Positions 63,308 to 64,000 of a stretch of DNA of 64,000 nucleotides are shown here, piece by piece. Every line of letters starts with the position of its first letter. The first letter of the stretch is position 1. Made by a program: the position numbers and the translations under genes. The DNA lies in assembly GCA_003971905.1 (NCBI GenBank), contig RSEE01000002.1, positions 248,001 to 312,000 on the forward strand, in the 5' to 3' direction. The stretch is from Moniliella sp. 'wahieum' (Eukaryota). The notes beneath the pieces were generated by a model. The model was not told where the DNA came from and did not search any database. It worked only from the letters and a program-made list of their open reading frames with translations.

Positions 63308-64000
63308 CCTGCAAAATCGTCCACGGTCAGTTTCTGCGCGCATCCATCGTCCTCGCTCACAGAACGAGCGGGGCAAGAGCAGCACAACCGGCATGGACTG
63401 TGCTAGTCGCGGCGGATCCGAGACCGACTCTCACCCGCTCCCTGGCCCATCCCCTCACCTGACAACAAGATAGGATACGCACCTGGCTGGTAACGACCTC
63501 TTGGCTGGTGGTTTCCAAAATTGTGAACTGGCCCAGGAGAGCAAGCGACCGGCTCCGCTCTGAGCAGGACCGCCTGCTCGCCAGGCACTGCAGCAGTGCA
63601 AGTGCTTCTTCCTGTCATCAACGGCACGGGGGGACTGTGTAGCTTCCACTTTTTTCCGCCGCGCCGCAGCTTTTTGATTAGGGTTAGAGGTCCCTCTCTG
63701 AATTCGTGTTTGGGTGCCTACTTCGTGCCACGGCTGTCATCGATCATCGTTCTCGCGTTCCAGCTGTGCTAGCCGTCATGATCCTCTCTATACGTTGTGG
63801 CCATCCCCAGGCTGGGCATGGCGGATACAAGGGCCGAAGCCGTTGGAGCGATGGCTGATGAGCGCGCTGAGGATGGCTGTGTGCGAGTGGTGTTACACCA
63901 TCTATGGCATGGCACGGAAGCTTGACGCTGAATCCATCTTGTGCCAAGAATCATGCGGGCGGGGCAATCGTGCGATAGTCTCCTTGTGTCATCCATGTCG

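Overview
This is eukaryotic DNA from a fungus, most likely a basidiomycete (inferred from short GT-AG introns with CTRAY branch points and from the fungal gene set). The window is gene-dense and mostly housekeeping. It holds an intron-containing tRNA-Asn, a GNAT acetyltransferase joined to an Mss4-like domain, a UBC6-type E2, a LysM protein, divergent RPS13/RPS6, an HSL-family hydrolase, DAD2, uricase, RRP46, TIM54, Aurora kinase, a PRELI/UPS2 protein, a DCR2-like phosphoesterase, HSP78, a ZIP zinc transporter, an SPX-RING ligase, VAC8, PAB1, RPL13 and several orphan ORFs. Nearly every gene, including essential ones, is broken by small frameshifts, so these are most likely consensus errors and gene ends are approximate. 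The main non-coding observations are: (1) a 915-bp solo LTR with a perfect 5-bp target-site duplication; (2) a fragment of the same LTR nested inside an inverted-repeat, MITE-like unit; (3) a ~215-bp repeat present twice, 32 kb apart; (4) a pervasive intergenic pattern of 7-bp tandem units built from many different 6-bp palindromes. No CRISPR, rRNA or intact transposase was seen. Nothing here can be established as a new system from sequence alone. The best candidates are the palindrome-heptamer pattern and the GNAT-Mss4 fusion.
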